Below are positions 9,896 to 20,001 of a stretch of DNA of 64,000 nt, one piece after another (within the stretch, counting starts at the first letter, position 1; each line of letters opens with the position of its first letter). The notes beneath the pieces are model-generated. The model did no database searches. It had not been told where the DNA came from and saw only the letters and a list, made by a program, of their open reading frames with translations. The position numbers and the translations under genes were made by a program. Origin of the DNA: a candidate division WOR-3 bacterium. Its GTDB lineage: Bacteria > Hydrothermota > Tepidihabitantia > Tepidihabitantales > CAIPLT01. The stretch spans positions 457-64,456 of the forward strand of contig JAOABV010000001.1 of assembly GCA_026418155.1 (NCBI GenBank). Reading direction: 5' to 3'.

Positions 9896-10552
9896 ATGAT
9901 GTTATTAGATATGAAATTGTTGGCATTAAAAAAATCGTTAATCGATTATGCGACGCTGGTTGAGCATATGATTGATAAAGTAATGACCGGACTCCTGAAA
10001 AAAGAGAAATCCCTATTACAAGAACTGATTGATAAGGATGAACCCAAAACCAACCAATTAGAATTAGAAGTAGAAGAACTTGGTACTAATCTTATTGCCC
10101 AATATGAACCTAAGGCGAAAGACTTAAGAATTGTCTTGATGGTTCTGAAAATTAATAATGATTTAGAACGAATCGGTGACCATTTAGTTAATATTGCTGA
10201 AAGCGCTTTATATCTAATCGAACGACCACAGGTTAAACCTTTAATTGATATTCCGAAAATGGCTGATTTAGTAATTAAGATGCTCAAAGATAGTATCACG
10301 GCATTTGTCAATGAGGATGCAAAATTAGCCCAATCAGTATGTGAACAGGATTCAGTGGTCGATAGTTTATTAGAACAAGTGATTCGCGAATTGATAACTT
10401 ATATGACCTCGGACCCGAAAACGATTGAGCGCTCGTTGCATTTAATTCGGATTGCCCATAATCTGGAGCGCATTGCTGACCTCTCAACTAATATCAGCGA
10501 GGATGTGATATTTATTGTTGAAGGACGGGTAATTAAACACCATAAAATGTGA
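9896..10552 (+). CDS. phoU: phosphate signalling regulator PhoU
   Basis: Two PhoU repeats (...DLERIGDHLVNIAE... / ...NLERIADLSTNISE...). Confidence 0.9.
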   Translation: MMLLDMKLLALKKSLIDYATLVEHMIDKVMTGLLKKEKSLLQELIDKDEPKTNQLELEVEELGTNLIAQYEPKAKDLRIVLMVLKINNDLERIGDHLVNIAESALYLIERPQVKPLIDIPKMADLVIKMLKDSITAFVNEDAKLAQSVCEQDSVVDSLLEQVIRELITYMTSDPKTIERSLHLIRIAHNLERIADLSTNISEDVIFIVEGRVIKHHKM

Positions 10553-10906
10553 ATGTTAATTAGTAAAAATAATAGAAGATGAAACAAAGCTGCCTCCGAA
10601 GGGAAGCAAAGACTAATATACTACCACAATAAGCATAAGATAATTCTTAATTAGTTTCTGTCTTAAATTCCTATGTAAAACCTAATCTAACAAAGTATTC
10701 TGAAAAAGCGCCACTGAAGAACTTGTGGCACGCATCTGTATCGGAGAAACCGGATAAAGAACAAGAAAAATATTCAGCAAGTTTAATATACTCAATGTAA
10801 GAATCGACTTTTTCAGAGGTCTCTTTTTTCTAACAAAATACTTGACGGGATTGTGGGTTTTAGTTAAAATCCAAATATAAGAGGAATTTGTTATGGAACT
10901 AATAAT

Positions 10907-11956
10907 TTGTCGAATAGTGCTGAGATTATTATGGGAGGGTATATGAGATTAAGTGTAATTTGTTTATTATTATTTTTTTCTGCCGTCAATGCTAACCCAA
11001 TTATTATAACCTATATTAATGAAATTCAAACCGCACCAGATAATCAAGAAGCAATTGAACTTCATTTAACTCCATATGGATTTTCTTACCCAATAAATAT
11101 TGGCGGTTGGACCATTCAGTCTCGTGCTGGAATGGCAACAATTAATCCAGGAATAATAATTCCTCTTGATGGCTATGTAATTATTAATCGTTCTAACACC
11201 ACAGGGATTTTTCAATTAAACGAGACCATAGATACTATAAGCCTTTACAACAATTTCGGCTGGCTTTCGGACCGAGTTATTTGGCCCTACGACCCAACAA
11301 ATTGGCAAACGATTCCAACACCACCTTATAATGGTAGTGCGTGTCTTTATCGTAGCCCGGCTTGGAGTTCAATGTATTGGGACAGAATTAACTGGTATAT
11401 TGACTCTACTCCAACTATAGGTTTACCCAACGATAATTGGAGTTCAATTTCCGGCACAGTGCTTAATTCCCAAGGTCAGCCACTTATAAATCGTCCAGTA
11501 GAGGCAGATGGTCCTACTGGCGGAATGACTTGTTTAACTGATTCTAATGGAAATTATACTATTGCGGGTTTAGGCCAAGGCAAGTATTGGATAACAGTCT
11601 GGAACTCTTCTAATCAACCAGCAGGTAGCTATCCGGATTCGGTCTATGTCGGATATAGTCAAAATGTTTCGGGCATAAATATAACAATACCAACGATGAG
11701 TATTAAAAAAGAAGACTCTTATTTAGCCCAATCTCTTCTGTTTTCTATTCCTAATCCCATAAAAAGTAATTCTTTGATTTCTTTGCCCTTAAAGAAAAAT
11801 CTTGTTGGAAAAATCTATGATGCGAAAGGCATTTTAGTTAAAACAATACCCAATAATCAAAACCAATTCGAATTGAATCTTTCTTCGGGAATCTATTTTC
11901 TTAAGATTAATTCCGGAAAACAAACTTTTACTCGCAAGATTATCTCAATAAAGTAG
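10907..11956 (+). CDS. secreted T9SS cargo protein with N-terminal lamin-tail-like domain and carboxypeptidase-regulatory-like domain; probable start ATG 10943
   Basis: Signal peptide MRLSVICLLLFFSAVNA; LTD-like ITYINEIQTAPDNQEAIELH...GGWTIQ; C-terminal ...GIYFLKINSGKQTFTRKIISIK sorting-domain signature. Confidence 0.6.
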   Translation: MSNSAEIIMGGYMRLSVICLLLFFSAVNANPIIITYINEIQTAPDNQEAIELHLTPYGFSYPINIGGWTIQSRAGMATINPGIIIPLDGYVIINRSNTTGIFQLNETIDTISLYNNFGWLSDRVIWPYDPTNWQTIPTPPYNGSACLYRSPAWSSMYWDRINWYIDSTPTIGLPNDNWSSISGTVLNSQGQPLINRPVEADGPTGGMTCLTDSNGNYTIAGLGQGKYWITVWNSSNQPAGSYPDSVYVGYSQNVSGINITIPTMSIKKEDSYLAQSLLFSIPNPIKSNSLISLPLKKNLVGKIYDAKGILVKTIPNNQNQFELNLSSGIYFLKINSGKQTFTRKIISIK

Positions 11957-11959
11957 GAA

Positions 11960-12526
11960 ATTACGAGTTTCTCATTTCATCGGTTTCTTTTATTTGGATT
12001 AATTGTTCTTTTTACCTGCCAAACAAGAACAAGTAATCCCGTAAAATTCTTAAAGGAAAATATTATAATATCTGTCGATTCGGGAAAAGTTGCTATTTCT
12101 GGTAATTATTTTTTTAAGAACAAATCAAAACAAAGCCTCAAAGCAAAAATATTCTATCCGTTTCCAGTTGACGAGTTGCACACTTATCCTGATTCAATTA
12201 ATCTTGAGAAGTTCAATTATACAAAGACTGATTCGGGTATCTATTTTATTATGGATTTTAGACCACAAACCATTGAAACTCTAAAGGTCTTTTATCAGCA
12301 AGCGTTAAAAGGAAATCAATGTAGATATATTCTTGTAACGACAAAATATTGGCGAATTCCCTTAGAGCAAGCAAATTTTATTATTGATGTTGCGGAAAAT
12401 CTTAAAGACGTGCAGTTTTCTTATTTGCCGGATAGTGTCATCCATCAAAATAATCGGAGATATTATTATCTCTCAAAGAAAAACTTCATGCCTAAAAAAG
12501 ACCTAACTGTAAAATGGAAAAGATAG
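11960..12526 (+). CDS. hypothetical lipoprotein; start unresolved (in-frame ORF opens at 11957 with no ATG/GTG/TTG before the lipobox; the ORF track's TTG 12176 is downstream of the signal peptide)
   Basis: In-frame N-terminus ...FLLFGLIVLFTCQ (lipobox LFTC); C-terminal 116 aa matches track ORF 12176..12526. Confidence 0.3.
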   Translation: MTSFSFHRFLLFGLIVLFTCQTRTSNPVKFLKENIIISVDSGKVAISGNYFFKNKSKQSLKAKIFYPFPVDELHTYPDSINLEKFNYTKTDSGIYFIMDFRPQTIETLKVFYQQALKGNQCRYILVTTKYWRIPLEQANFIIDVAENLKDVQFSYLPDSVIHQNNRRYYYLSKKNFMPKKDLTVKWKR

Positions 12527-12656
12527 AAACTTCTGCTAAAGTCAATTTCTACTAATATTTGATTATCGCGATACTCATAGATACCAACGATAATATGTAT
12601 TTTAATATGCTGAAATCAATTTTTTATGCTGTTTCAGATTGATTGATACTCCAAGA

Positions 12657-12685
12657 TTGACACAGATATTATCGTGATTTATAAT
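12657..12685 (+). promoter_or_regulatory. consensus sigma70 promoter TTGACA-17-TATAAT upstream of the M14 peptidase gene
   Basis: ttgaca 12657-62, tataat 12680-85. Confidence 0.5.
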
Positions 12686-12707
12686 TTTATATGAAATTTT
12701 TTAATTA

Positions 12708-14966
12708 ATGGAGCAAAATATGAAGAAGAAGTTTTATATTATCGGATTATTATTAATCTTTTTTAGCATTTCTGTAGTAAATGCTAAGACAATGATTGTC
12801 CGAGTTTATGCAAAAAATTACCAAGAACTATCAAGACATATTGACTTTAAGTATACCAACATTGAAATTGCTGGGGCTAAACCACAAGAATGGTATGAAC
12901 TAATCGTAGAATCTGAAGATTACCCCACAGTACTGACATCAGGATTGAAAAGTCAAGTTATAATTGAAGATTTAGAACTCCAGAAAGCGGAAATTCTTTC
13001 CCGAGCCCAATATCGCAGTTTAGATTCAGTGAATTTAATGTTAAGAAGTTTTGTCAGTTCCGCACCTCAGATTTGTGTTTTGGAAAGCCTTGGCCTGTCT
13101 TACGAAAATCGTCAAATATACGGTGTGAAAATCTCTGATAATCCCAGTATTTCCGAACCCCAAGAACCCGGTGTCTTCTTTTGCGGGCTACATCATGCTC
13201 GAGAATGGGCAACAATAGAAATGTGCCTTTTTATTATTGATTCCATCCTTCGGGGTTATCGAACTGTTCCAGAAATTCAAAATTTAGTTAATAATCACGA
13301 AATCTGGGTCTTTCCAGTTATCAACCCTGATGGCTATTATTATGACTATCCTTTACGACGCTCGTGGCGTAAGAATCGACAACCATTTGGTGGCTCGATT
13401 GGCACAGATTTGAACCGTAACTATCTTGGCGCGTGTAATGGTGACCGATTTGGACTTTGGGGCGCTTTAACCTCTGGTGCCCAAAGTTCTCATTCACCTT
13501 CCAGCGAAACCTTTATGGGACAATTTGGTGCGTCCAGTCCGGAAATAAAAGCCCTGGTTAACTTCTTTAGAACCCATAATATCAATGCCTCTTTATCATT
13601 TCATTCTTATTCAGAACTGGTTCTCTGGCCTTGGGGTTATCAAAATATTCCAACGCCTGATAATACCTTATATCAACGAGTCGGCACGCAAATGGCAAAT
13701 ATGATTCAAAAATTATCCGGCGGCACCTATACTCCGCAACAGAGTCCTTTACTTTATCCGGTCTCCAGTGGCAGTGATGATTGGATATACGGTTGGAATA
13801 AATTTGTTAATGGTGTTCCTTGTCTGGCTTTTACTAATGAAATCGGCACTTCATTTTACCAAGCACTCACTGATGTTGACCATATCATAAGACAGAATTT
13901 CAAGGCCGTGGTCTTCTTGACAAATTTTTCTGATAGCGTCAGAATTTTAATGAAAGGTTATGTGCCACCACCACAAATAAATGTACCTGACACAAGCACC
14001 TCAAGTAATTTTGTTGTCTCTTGGAAGCCCAAAAATCCAGAGTTTAATACGCCAAATATGTGGGAACTGCAAGAATTATCAAATTACAGTGTTTTTCAAG
14101 ACCAATTTGATACGCTCTTACCAGCCTGGCAAGTTCAAGGATTTATATTAAGCAACCGAAGAGCATACTCGGGTTTAAGAAGTATGTATTCAGATTCAGC
14201 CAATAACATTTCCAACTATATTCGCACAACTTATCCTTATTTAGTTAATCCTGGCGACTCTTTGACTTTCTGGTGTTGGTATAATCTTGAAAGAAACTAT
14301 GATGTTGCAGTTGCTGAAGTCTCTTTTAATACTCGAGAATGGTTCCAATTAGGAACTCGCATGACCGATACTTCTGGTGGTTGGAGAAGAATTGCTTATT
14401 CTTTAGAGCCATATGTCGGCAAATCAATCTTCATCCAATTTAGAGTAATGACTGATGGCAGTGTTTTGAAAAATGGATTCTATCTTGATGATGTCTATCC
14501 AGTGCCGATGTTTAATAACACTCGCATCATCTCTTCTAATATAACTGACACTTTTTATTCAGTTGCTGTATCTCAACCCGGACATTACTGGTATCGAGTG
14601 CGAGGCCATAATGTAACAAATGGCTGGGGTGAATATAGTATGCTCGATGGTGTTGAGGTTTTGTCAACTGCTCTTGCCGAAACCAAAAAGAAAGATTATA
14701 TTACTTTCAATATAATGCCAAATCTTTTCTCAGACAATACCCTGATTAAATATAGTGTGCCTTATGAAAGTAAAGTTGTCTTAAAATTATATGATATTAC
14801 TGGTCGAGAGCGCGTGCAATTAGCCAATCACATCCATAAACCAGGGATGTATCAAATCAATTGGCAAAGAACCGATAACTTACGAAAGAAATTACCTTCA
14901 GGTATATACTTTCTTAAACTAAATATCGACGAAAAAAGATTCACTAAACGAATCATAGTCTTATAA
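12708..14966 (+). CDS. M14-family zinc carboxypeptidase with T9SS C-terminal sorting domain
   Basis: Signal peptide; M14 motifs ...GLHHAREWAT... (HxxE), ...NPDGY...R..NRNY..., SFHSYSEL; C-terminal ...GIYFLKLNIDEKRFTKRIIVL. Confidence 0.85.
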   Translation: MEQNMKKKFYIIGLLLIFFSISVVNAKTMIVRVYAKNYQELSRHIDFKYTNIEIAGAKPQEWYELIVESEDYPTVLTSGLKSQVIIEDLELQKAEILSRAQYRSLDSVNLMLRSFVSSAPQICVLESLGLSYENRQIYGVKISDNPSISEPQEPGVFFCGLHHAREWATIEMCLFIIDSILRGYRTVPEIQNLVNNHEIWVFPVINPDGYYYDYPLRRSWRKNRQPFGGSIGTDLNRNYLGACNGDRFGLWGALTSGAQSSHSPSSETFMGQFGASSPEIKALVNFFRTHNINASLSFHSYSELVLWPWGYQNIPTPDNTLYQRVGTQMANMIQKLSGGTYTPQQSPLLYPVSSGSDDWIYGWNKFVNGVPCLAFTNEIGTSFYQALTDVDHIIRQNFKAVVFLTNFSDSVRILMKGYVPPPQINVPDTSTSSNFVVSWKPKNPEFNTPNMWELQELSNYSVFQDQFDTLLPAWQVQGFILSNRRAYSGLRSMYSDSANNISNYIRTTYPYLVNPGDSLTFWCWYNLERNYDVAVAEVSFNTREWFQLGTRMTDTSGGWRRIAYSLEPYVGKSIFIQFRVMTDGSVLKNGFYLDDVYPVPMFNNTRIISSNITDTFYSVAVSQPGHYWYRVRGHNVTNGWGEYSMLDGVEVLSTALAETKKKDYITFNIMPNLFSDNTLIKYSVPYESKVVLKLYDITGRERVQLANHIHKPGMYQINWQRTDNLRKKLPSGIYFLKLNIDEKRFTKRIIVL

Positions 14967-15001
14967 TCTTTTCCAGAGCGGTATTGGGCATTCTCGGTTG
15001 A

Positions 15002-15240
15002 CCTATAGATAAGCCCCTCGGCAAGCCAGGGGGCAGGCCGAGGGGCATACCGGTCGGCTACCCGCCGGCATACCCTTCCGACCACCCAATCTACAAATAT
15101 TTATATCGTCCTTTAAGTGACCGAATGATTTAACCTCTGGATTATCAATAGGATAACAGAATAAGTCGCCTAATCTTTTGCTTACCCGGTCAATCAGGCC
15201 AGCAGATAAAAATCTTTAATAGGTCGGACCTGCTTTTTTA
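15002..15240 (+). repeat. GC-rich ~170-bp repeat element, copy 1 (core 15044-15200), immediately 3' of a T9SS cargo gene
   Basis: ~85% identical over >110 bp to 50470-50620 (..gcatacccttc[ct]gaccacccaatctacaaatatt..gtcctt..agt.acc.aatgatttaacc.ct.gattatcaataggata..); contains cccctcgg...ccgagggg hairpin. Confidence 0.7.
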
Positions 15241-15260
15241 TTGGGATTATATTTAACCTT

Positions 15261-16802
15261 TTACATCAAACTTCTATCAAAATTCCGATATTGGATAGCC
15301 TCAGAGATGTGGGCAGGTTTAATGTTAATACTTCCTTCTAAATCAGCAATTGTCCGGGCAACTTTTAAGATTCTATCATATGCCCGGGCAGATAACCCAA
15401 CTCGGTCAATCGCATTTTTTAATAATCCTTCACTGGTTGAATCAATCTCACAGAACTTCCGAATCTCTTTTGTCTCCATTTGGCTATTACAATAAATTGG
15501 CTTTTTCTTCTTTATCTCCTTAAACCGTTCTAATTGGATTTCTCGGGCTTTATTTACCCGCTGGCGAATCTTTTCTGATGGTTCTCCGGGCTCTTTTTTG
15601 GCTAATGACTCATATTTAATGGATGGCACTTCAATATGGACATCAATTCTATCTAAAAGTGGACCGGAAATCTTGGCTCGGTATTTTTTTATCATATGAA
15701 TCGTGCAAGTGCATTCTTTATGTGGGTCTGAGAAAAATCCACAAGGACAAGGATTCATTGAAGCAATTAACATAAACCGGGCCGGATAAGTGATAGTTGA
15801 TTTTGCCCGACCAATGGTAACAAAGCCATCTTCTAATGGTTGACGCAATGATTCTAAAACATCACGGTGAAATTCCGGCAACTCATCTAAAAATAGAACT
15901 CCGTTATTTGCTAAAGATACCTCACCTGGCCTGGGATAAGCACCACCACCAATTAATCCGGCTTCAGAAATTGAATGGTGCGGTGAACGAAACGGACGAG
16001 TCGCAACAATTGGTTGATTCGGCGCTAAAGTGCCAGCAACACTGTGAATTTTAGTTGTTTCTAACGATTCTTCCAATTCCATTTTAGGAAGAATTGTCGG
16101 TAATCTTCGAGCCAACATTGTCTTACCAGTTCCCGGTGGACCTAACATTAAAATATTATGACCGCCAGCCGCGGCTACTTCTAATGCCCTTTTAGCGTGT
16201 TCTTGTCCTTTCACTTCAGCAAAATCGACACTATAATCTGATGCGGACTGAAAAACATCTTCAAAATCGGATTTCAATGGTTCAATTGTCTTTGTGCCAG
16301 ACAAGAATTGAATTACTTCAACTAAATTTTCTGCGGGATAAACATTTGCGCCCTTTACTAATGCTGCTTCTGGTCCGTTTTCTTTAGGTAAAATAATACC
16401 CGAAAAATTCATATCTCTTGCTGCCATTGCCATTGAGATTGCTCCTCGGATTGGACGCAAAGTTCCATCAAGGGAGAGTTCGCCAAGAATTAAAAATTTT
16501 GAGAGAATGTTAGAACGAAACACACCTAAGGCTAATAGCATTCCAATGGCAATTGGTAAATCAAAGATTGCGCCTTCTTTTTTAATGTCGGCTGGAGCTA
16601 AATTAACTGTAATTCTGCGCACCGGAAGTTTATATCCGGAATTTTTTATTGCTGCGGTTACTCGATGTTGCGACTCTTTGACCGCATTATCTGGTAAGCC
16701 CACAATCACAAAAGAATGCAACCCATAACTCATATCAACTTCCACATCAACAATATAAGCATCAATGCCAAAAATGCTGGCTGAATAGACTTTTGCTAAC
16801 AT
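15261..16802 (-). CDS. comM: YifB/ComM-family Mg-chelatase-like AAA+ ATPase
   Basis: Walker A GPPGTGKT; ChlI/MCM-like sensor motifs; N-terminal Lon-like domain. Confidence 0.9.
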   Translation of the reverse strand: MLAKVYSASIFGIDAYIVDVEVDMSYGLHSFVIVGLPDNAVKESQHRVTAAIKNSGYKLPVRRITVNLAPADIKKEGAIFDLPIAIGMLLALGVFRSNILSKFLILGELSLDGTLRPIRGAISMAMAARDMNFSGIILPKENGPEAALVKGANVYPAENLVEVIQFLSGTKTIEPLKSDFEDVFQSASDYSVDFAEVKGQEHAKRALEVAAAGGHNILMLGPPGTGKTMLARRLPTILPKMELEESLETTKIHSVAGTLAPNQPIVATRPFRSPHHSISEAGLIGGGAYPRPGEVSLANNGVLFLDELPEFHRDVLESLRQPLEDGFVTIGRAKSTITYPARFMLIASMNPCPCGFFSDPHKECTCTIHMIKKYRAKISGPLLDRIDVHIEVPSIKYESLAKKEPGEPSEKIRQRVNKAREIQLERFKEIKKKKPIYCNSQMETKEIRKFCEIDSTSEGLLKNAIDRVGLSARAYDRILKVARTIADLEGSINIKPAHISEAIQYRNFDRSLM

Positions 16803-16961
16803 TTCTTAATACCAATATAAGGCAAAATTCAGATTAGTCAATACTGTTAAAAATGGATTATTGATATGTTCGATTTTTATATTTTATTTACTTAACAGTT
16901 TCTATTTTATTTACTTAAAACTCCTATTAAGACGCCTTCCATTTATGGGTAGTCAATACGA

Positions 16962-17342
16962 TTAAAAGGCATTTTTAATATGCTCAATCTTTTCATCCCT
17001 ATCACTACTAACAATACTTAAGACATCAAATCTTATTTCACAATTTTCCCAATCTTTTTCTGCCAGATAATGCTCGGCTAAATTTCTTAATTTCATTTGT
17101 TTTTTCCTGCCAACACTTTCAAATGGTTCGGCAATAAAATCTGAATGTCGGGTTTTTACTTCAATGAATACAATCGTATCTTGTTCTTTAGCAATAATAT
17201 CAATTTCACCTAAAGGACAGCGATAATTCTTGGCTAAGATCTTAAAACCCTGTTTTTCCAGATACTTTTCGGCTAAAGATTCTCCTTTTTTACCCAGTTC
17301 CTTCATTTTAGCGTCTTTTCCATGCAAAAACGCAGTGAACAA
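16962..17342 (-). CDS. yraN: YraN-family (UPF0102) endonuclease
   Basis: ...GEIDIIAKE.DTIVFIEVKTR... PD-(D/E)xK core. Confidence 0.75.
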   Translation of the reverse strand: MFTAFLHGKDAKMKELGKKGESLAEKYLEKQGFKILAKNYRCPLGEIDIIAKEQDTIVFIEVKTRHSDFIAEPFESVGRKKQMKLRNLAEHYLAEKDWENCEIRFDVLSIVSSDRDEKIEHIKNAF

Positions 17343-17393
17343 TGAAAGTTAATTCAATCACTATTTCTGTGAAAATCTTATGTCGTAGTTTTC

Positions 17394-18020
17394 TTACTTA
17401 ATCGATTCATAAAACTGAAATTTTTCTAACACCAAACGCACTGGAGTAAAACCTTTCCGATGAATTGCTGACGGTCCAATTTCCATCAGAACTTTTCGGT
17501 GAAATTCCGTGGGATAGCCTTTATTTTCAATAAAATTGTATGCCGGATATTTTTGGTGCAGTCTTGCCATCAGTCGGTCCCGACTAACTTTGGCAATAAT
17601 TGAGGCACAAGCAATTGAAAGACTTTTTTCGTCGCCATTAATAATTCCTTGGTTAGGAATCTCGAGATGAGGAATCGCAAATCCGTCGATTAGTGCTAAA
17701 TCAAATTTATATTTCAGGTTTTCTATTGCTCTCTGCATTGCTAAAAATGCGGCATTACGGATATTGAGTTTATCAATCTCTTTGACACTTGCTTTACCGA
17801 TTCCATAGGCTATTGCCTTTCTAATTATCATTGAATAAAATCTCTCTCGCGCTTTCGGTGTTAGTTGTTTAGAATCTTTGATTTCTGGAAAAAAAGAAAA
17901 AGGAGGTAATATTACTGCGGCGGCAAAGACTGGTCCAGCCAAAGCACCTCGGCCAACCTCATCGACACCACAAAAAATAATACCTTTCTGCCAAAGTTTC
18001 CAATCTGGGGTTGCTTTCAA
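17394..18020 (-). CDS. rnhB: ribonuclease HII
   Basis: GVDEVGRGALAGPV catalytic motif. Confidence 0.9.
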   Translation of the reverse strand: MKATPDWKLWQKGIIFCGVDEVGRGALAGPVFAAAVILPPFSFFPEIKDSKQLTPKARERFYSMIIRKAIAYGIGKASVKEIDKLNIRNAAFLAMQRAIENLKYKFDLALIDGFAIPHLEIPNQGIINGDEKSLSIACASIIAKVSRDRLMARLHQKYPAYNFIENKGYPTEFHRKVLMEIGPSAIHRKGFTPVRLVLEKFQFYESIK

Positions 18021-18100
18021 ATTAAAGGAATTTATTTCAACAATACTAATAACCTACCAAACTAATCCTTACTTGGAAAAAAATCGTAGACTGTTAGCAA

Positions 18101-18454
18101 CTATCCTTCTTTTAATTTGGCTTCTTGTCCTTTTTTCTCTCTGAGATAATAGAGTTTCGCTCGTCTGACTTTGGTCTGTTTTTTAACTTCAATTTTAGTT
18201 ATAATTGGTGAATGCAAAGGGAAAATGCGCTCAACACCGATACCGCGACTAATTTTGCGGACGGTGATGGTTTTGCTTTCACCAACCCCACGCATTTTAA
18301 TTACTGTGCCTTGAAAAGTAACTAATCGCTCTTTATCGCCTTCGACAATTTTATGAGTAACTTTTACAATTGAGCCTGGTCTAATATCTGGTGCAATGAT
18401 TCTTTCTGGTGTTTCTTTTGCCTTCTTCTCTTTAACTTTCTTTTCTTTAGCCAT
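18101..18454 (-). CDS. rplS: 50S ribosomal protein L19
   Basis: ...[17 protein letters not shown]...[19 protein letters not shown]...KLYYLR. Confidence 0.9.
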   Translation of the reverse strand: MAKEKKVKEKKAKETPERIIAPDIRPGSIVKVTHKIVEGDKERLVTFQGTVIKMRGVGESKTITVRKISRGIGVERIFPLHSPIITKIEVKKQTKVRRAKLYYLREKKGQEAKLKEG

Positions 18455-18540
18455 AATTATCTCCTTAAAAGATTAAAAGATTTCAAGATAATCTGTCCTA
18501 TTAAAAATTGTTAATCCTTTCCTAAAGACATTGATAGATT

Positions 18541-19254
18541 TTAGCATACTTCTGAACAATCGTTTTCATTCTGGCTTGTAGACTTAACCTTTAATAAGTC
18601 CGGTCGTTTTTGTTGGGTTAATTTTAATGCTTGTTGTCTTCGCCATTCTTTAATCTTTTTATGGTCACCAGAGACTAAAACATCGGGAACTTTATAGCCA
18701 CGAAAATCTTGAGGCCGAGTATAATATGGTGCATCTAATAATCCTGAACTAAAAGAATCCGAATCAACCGAGTCTCGGTCGCCAACTACACCGGGAAGGA
18801 GTCTTATTGTTGCTTCTAAGATAACTAATGCCGCAACTTCGCCGCCGGATAAGACATAGTCACCAATCGAAATCTCATCATTAACCAAATATTCACTCAC
18901 TCGATGGTCAACTCCTTTATACCGGCCGCAGATTAAAACTAAATGTTTTTTTTGCGATAATTCACAAGCCAGTTTTTGGTTGAACTGTCGTCCTTGGGGT
19001 GATAGAAGAATTACATACGAATCATCTTTTTTTACGCTTTCCACGGCCTTAAAAATTGGTTCTGGTTTTAAAATCATTCCCGGTCCGCCACCAAACGGAT
19101 AATCGTCAACCGTGCGATAATTATCCGTAGCAAAATCTCGGAGATTGATAAGTTGAATTTGGACAATATCTTTTTCTTGGGCAATTCGTAAAACGCCGCA
19201 GTTAATCGGATTAGCAAAATATTCGGGGAAAATTGTAATGATGTGGACTAGCAT
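18541..19254 (-). CDS. trmD: tRNA (guanine37-N1)-methyltransferase
   Basis: ...DYPFGGGPGM... SPOUT knot motif; conserved rpsP-trmD-rplS neighbourhood. Confidence 0.9.
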   Translation of the reverse strand: MLVHIITIFPEYFANPINCGVLRIAQEKDIVQIQLINLRDFATDNYRTVDDYPFGGGPGMILKPEPIFKAVESVKKDDSYVILLSPQGRQFNQKLACELSQKKHLVLICGRYKGVDHRVSEYLVNDEISIGDYVLSGGEVAALVILEATIRLLPGVVGDRDSVDSDSFSSGLLDAPYYTRPQDFRGYKVPDVLVSGDHKKIKEWRRQQALKLTQQKRPDLLKVKSTSQNENDCSEVC

Positions 19255-19368
19255 CAGTAGATTATAAACAATAAATATTATATTAACATCGCATCTTAAT
19301 TTTTTACGAGGTAATTAATGAATTGATACCTCGAGGGCCGGCAAATATATTGAGTGAAAGGATATTTT

Positions 19369-19599
19369 TTATTCTAAGATTTCGAGTTGAGCGCGTTTTC
19401 CTTGTTTCATTGCGGCGGCAGTAATAATCGCTCGCATTGCTTTTGCCGTGCGCCCTTCTTTTCCGATAATTTTGCCGAGGTCGCCTTCGCCAACCCTTAA
19501 TTCATAAATTAAAGTTTTTTCCCCGGCGATTTCCTTAATGGAAACCTTTTCTGGATGGTCGACAAGGGCTTTTGCCATATATTCAATCAGTTCTTTCAT
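19369..19599 (-). CDS. KH-domain RNA-binding protein (YlqC/UPF0109)
   Basis: GxxG KH motif ...IGKEGRT...; typical position next to rpsP. Confidence 0.8.
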   Translation of the reverse strand: MKELIEYMAKALVDHPEKVSIKEIAGEKTLIYELRVGEGDLGKIIGKEGRTAKAMRAIITAAAMKQGKRAQLEILE

Positions 19600-19614
19600 A
19601 GTGTCCTCCTATGA

Positions 19615-19905
19615 CTAAATGCGGGCGTGGACATCCGTTTCGGATGAGTTTTCACCCGCATCGAGCGTTTGCGTTTGCTTTATGTATCGAGCATAGAGTC
19701 GTTTGGCAGTGTCTGTAGCCTGTGCACCTTTTGACAGCCAGTATTCGACTCGTTGTTTATTTAGGGTTAGATGCTTAGTTTTCGGATTATAGTATCCTAC
19801 GGACTCAATATATTTGCCGTCCCTCGAGCGTCGTGAATCTGCTACTACTATCCGATAAAACGGACGATTACGCTGTCCGATTCGTTTCAGTCTTATCTTT
19901 ACCAA
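19615..19905 (-). CDS. rpsP: 30S ribosomal protein S16
   Basis: [25 protein letters not shown]... Confidence 0.9.
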   Translation of the reverse strand: MVKIRLKRIGQRNRPFYRIVVADSRRSRDGKYIESVGYYNPKTKHLTLNKQRVEYWLSKGAQATDTAKRLYARYIKQTQTLDAGENSSETDVHARI

Positions 19906-19932
19906 TTTTGCACCTCGTCGTTAAATATTAAA

Positions 19933-19962
19933 TATAATAATAAAAAAACCCCAAACTGTCAA
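19933..19962 (-). promoter_or_regulatory. sigma70-like promoter (TTGACA-17-TATTAT on minus strand) for the rpsP operon
   Basis: Reverse complement reads cTTGACAgtttggggtttttttatTATTAT. Confidence 0.35.
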
Positions 19963-20001
19963 TAGTTAATTTTCTTATTAAAATTATCTGTGTTATCATA
20001 T

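Noticed and set aside
15002-15133. Short collagen-like (GKPGG) protein encoded in the GC-rich repeat (also 50352-50564)
   Set aside because: No start codon in either copy, nucleotide conservation continues past the stop, and substitutions between copies are not biased to synonymous sites.
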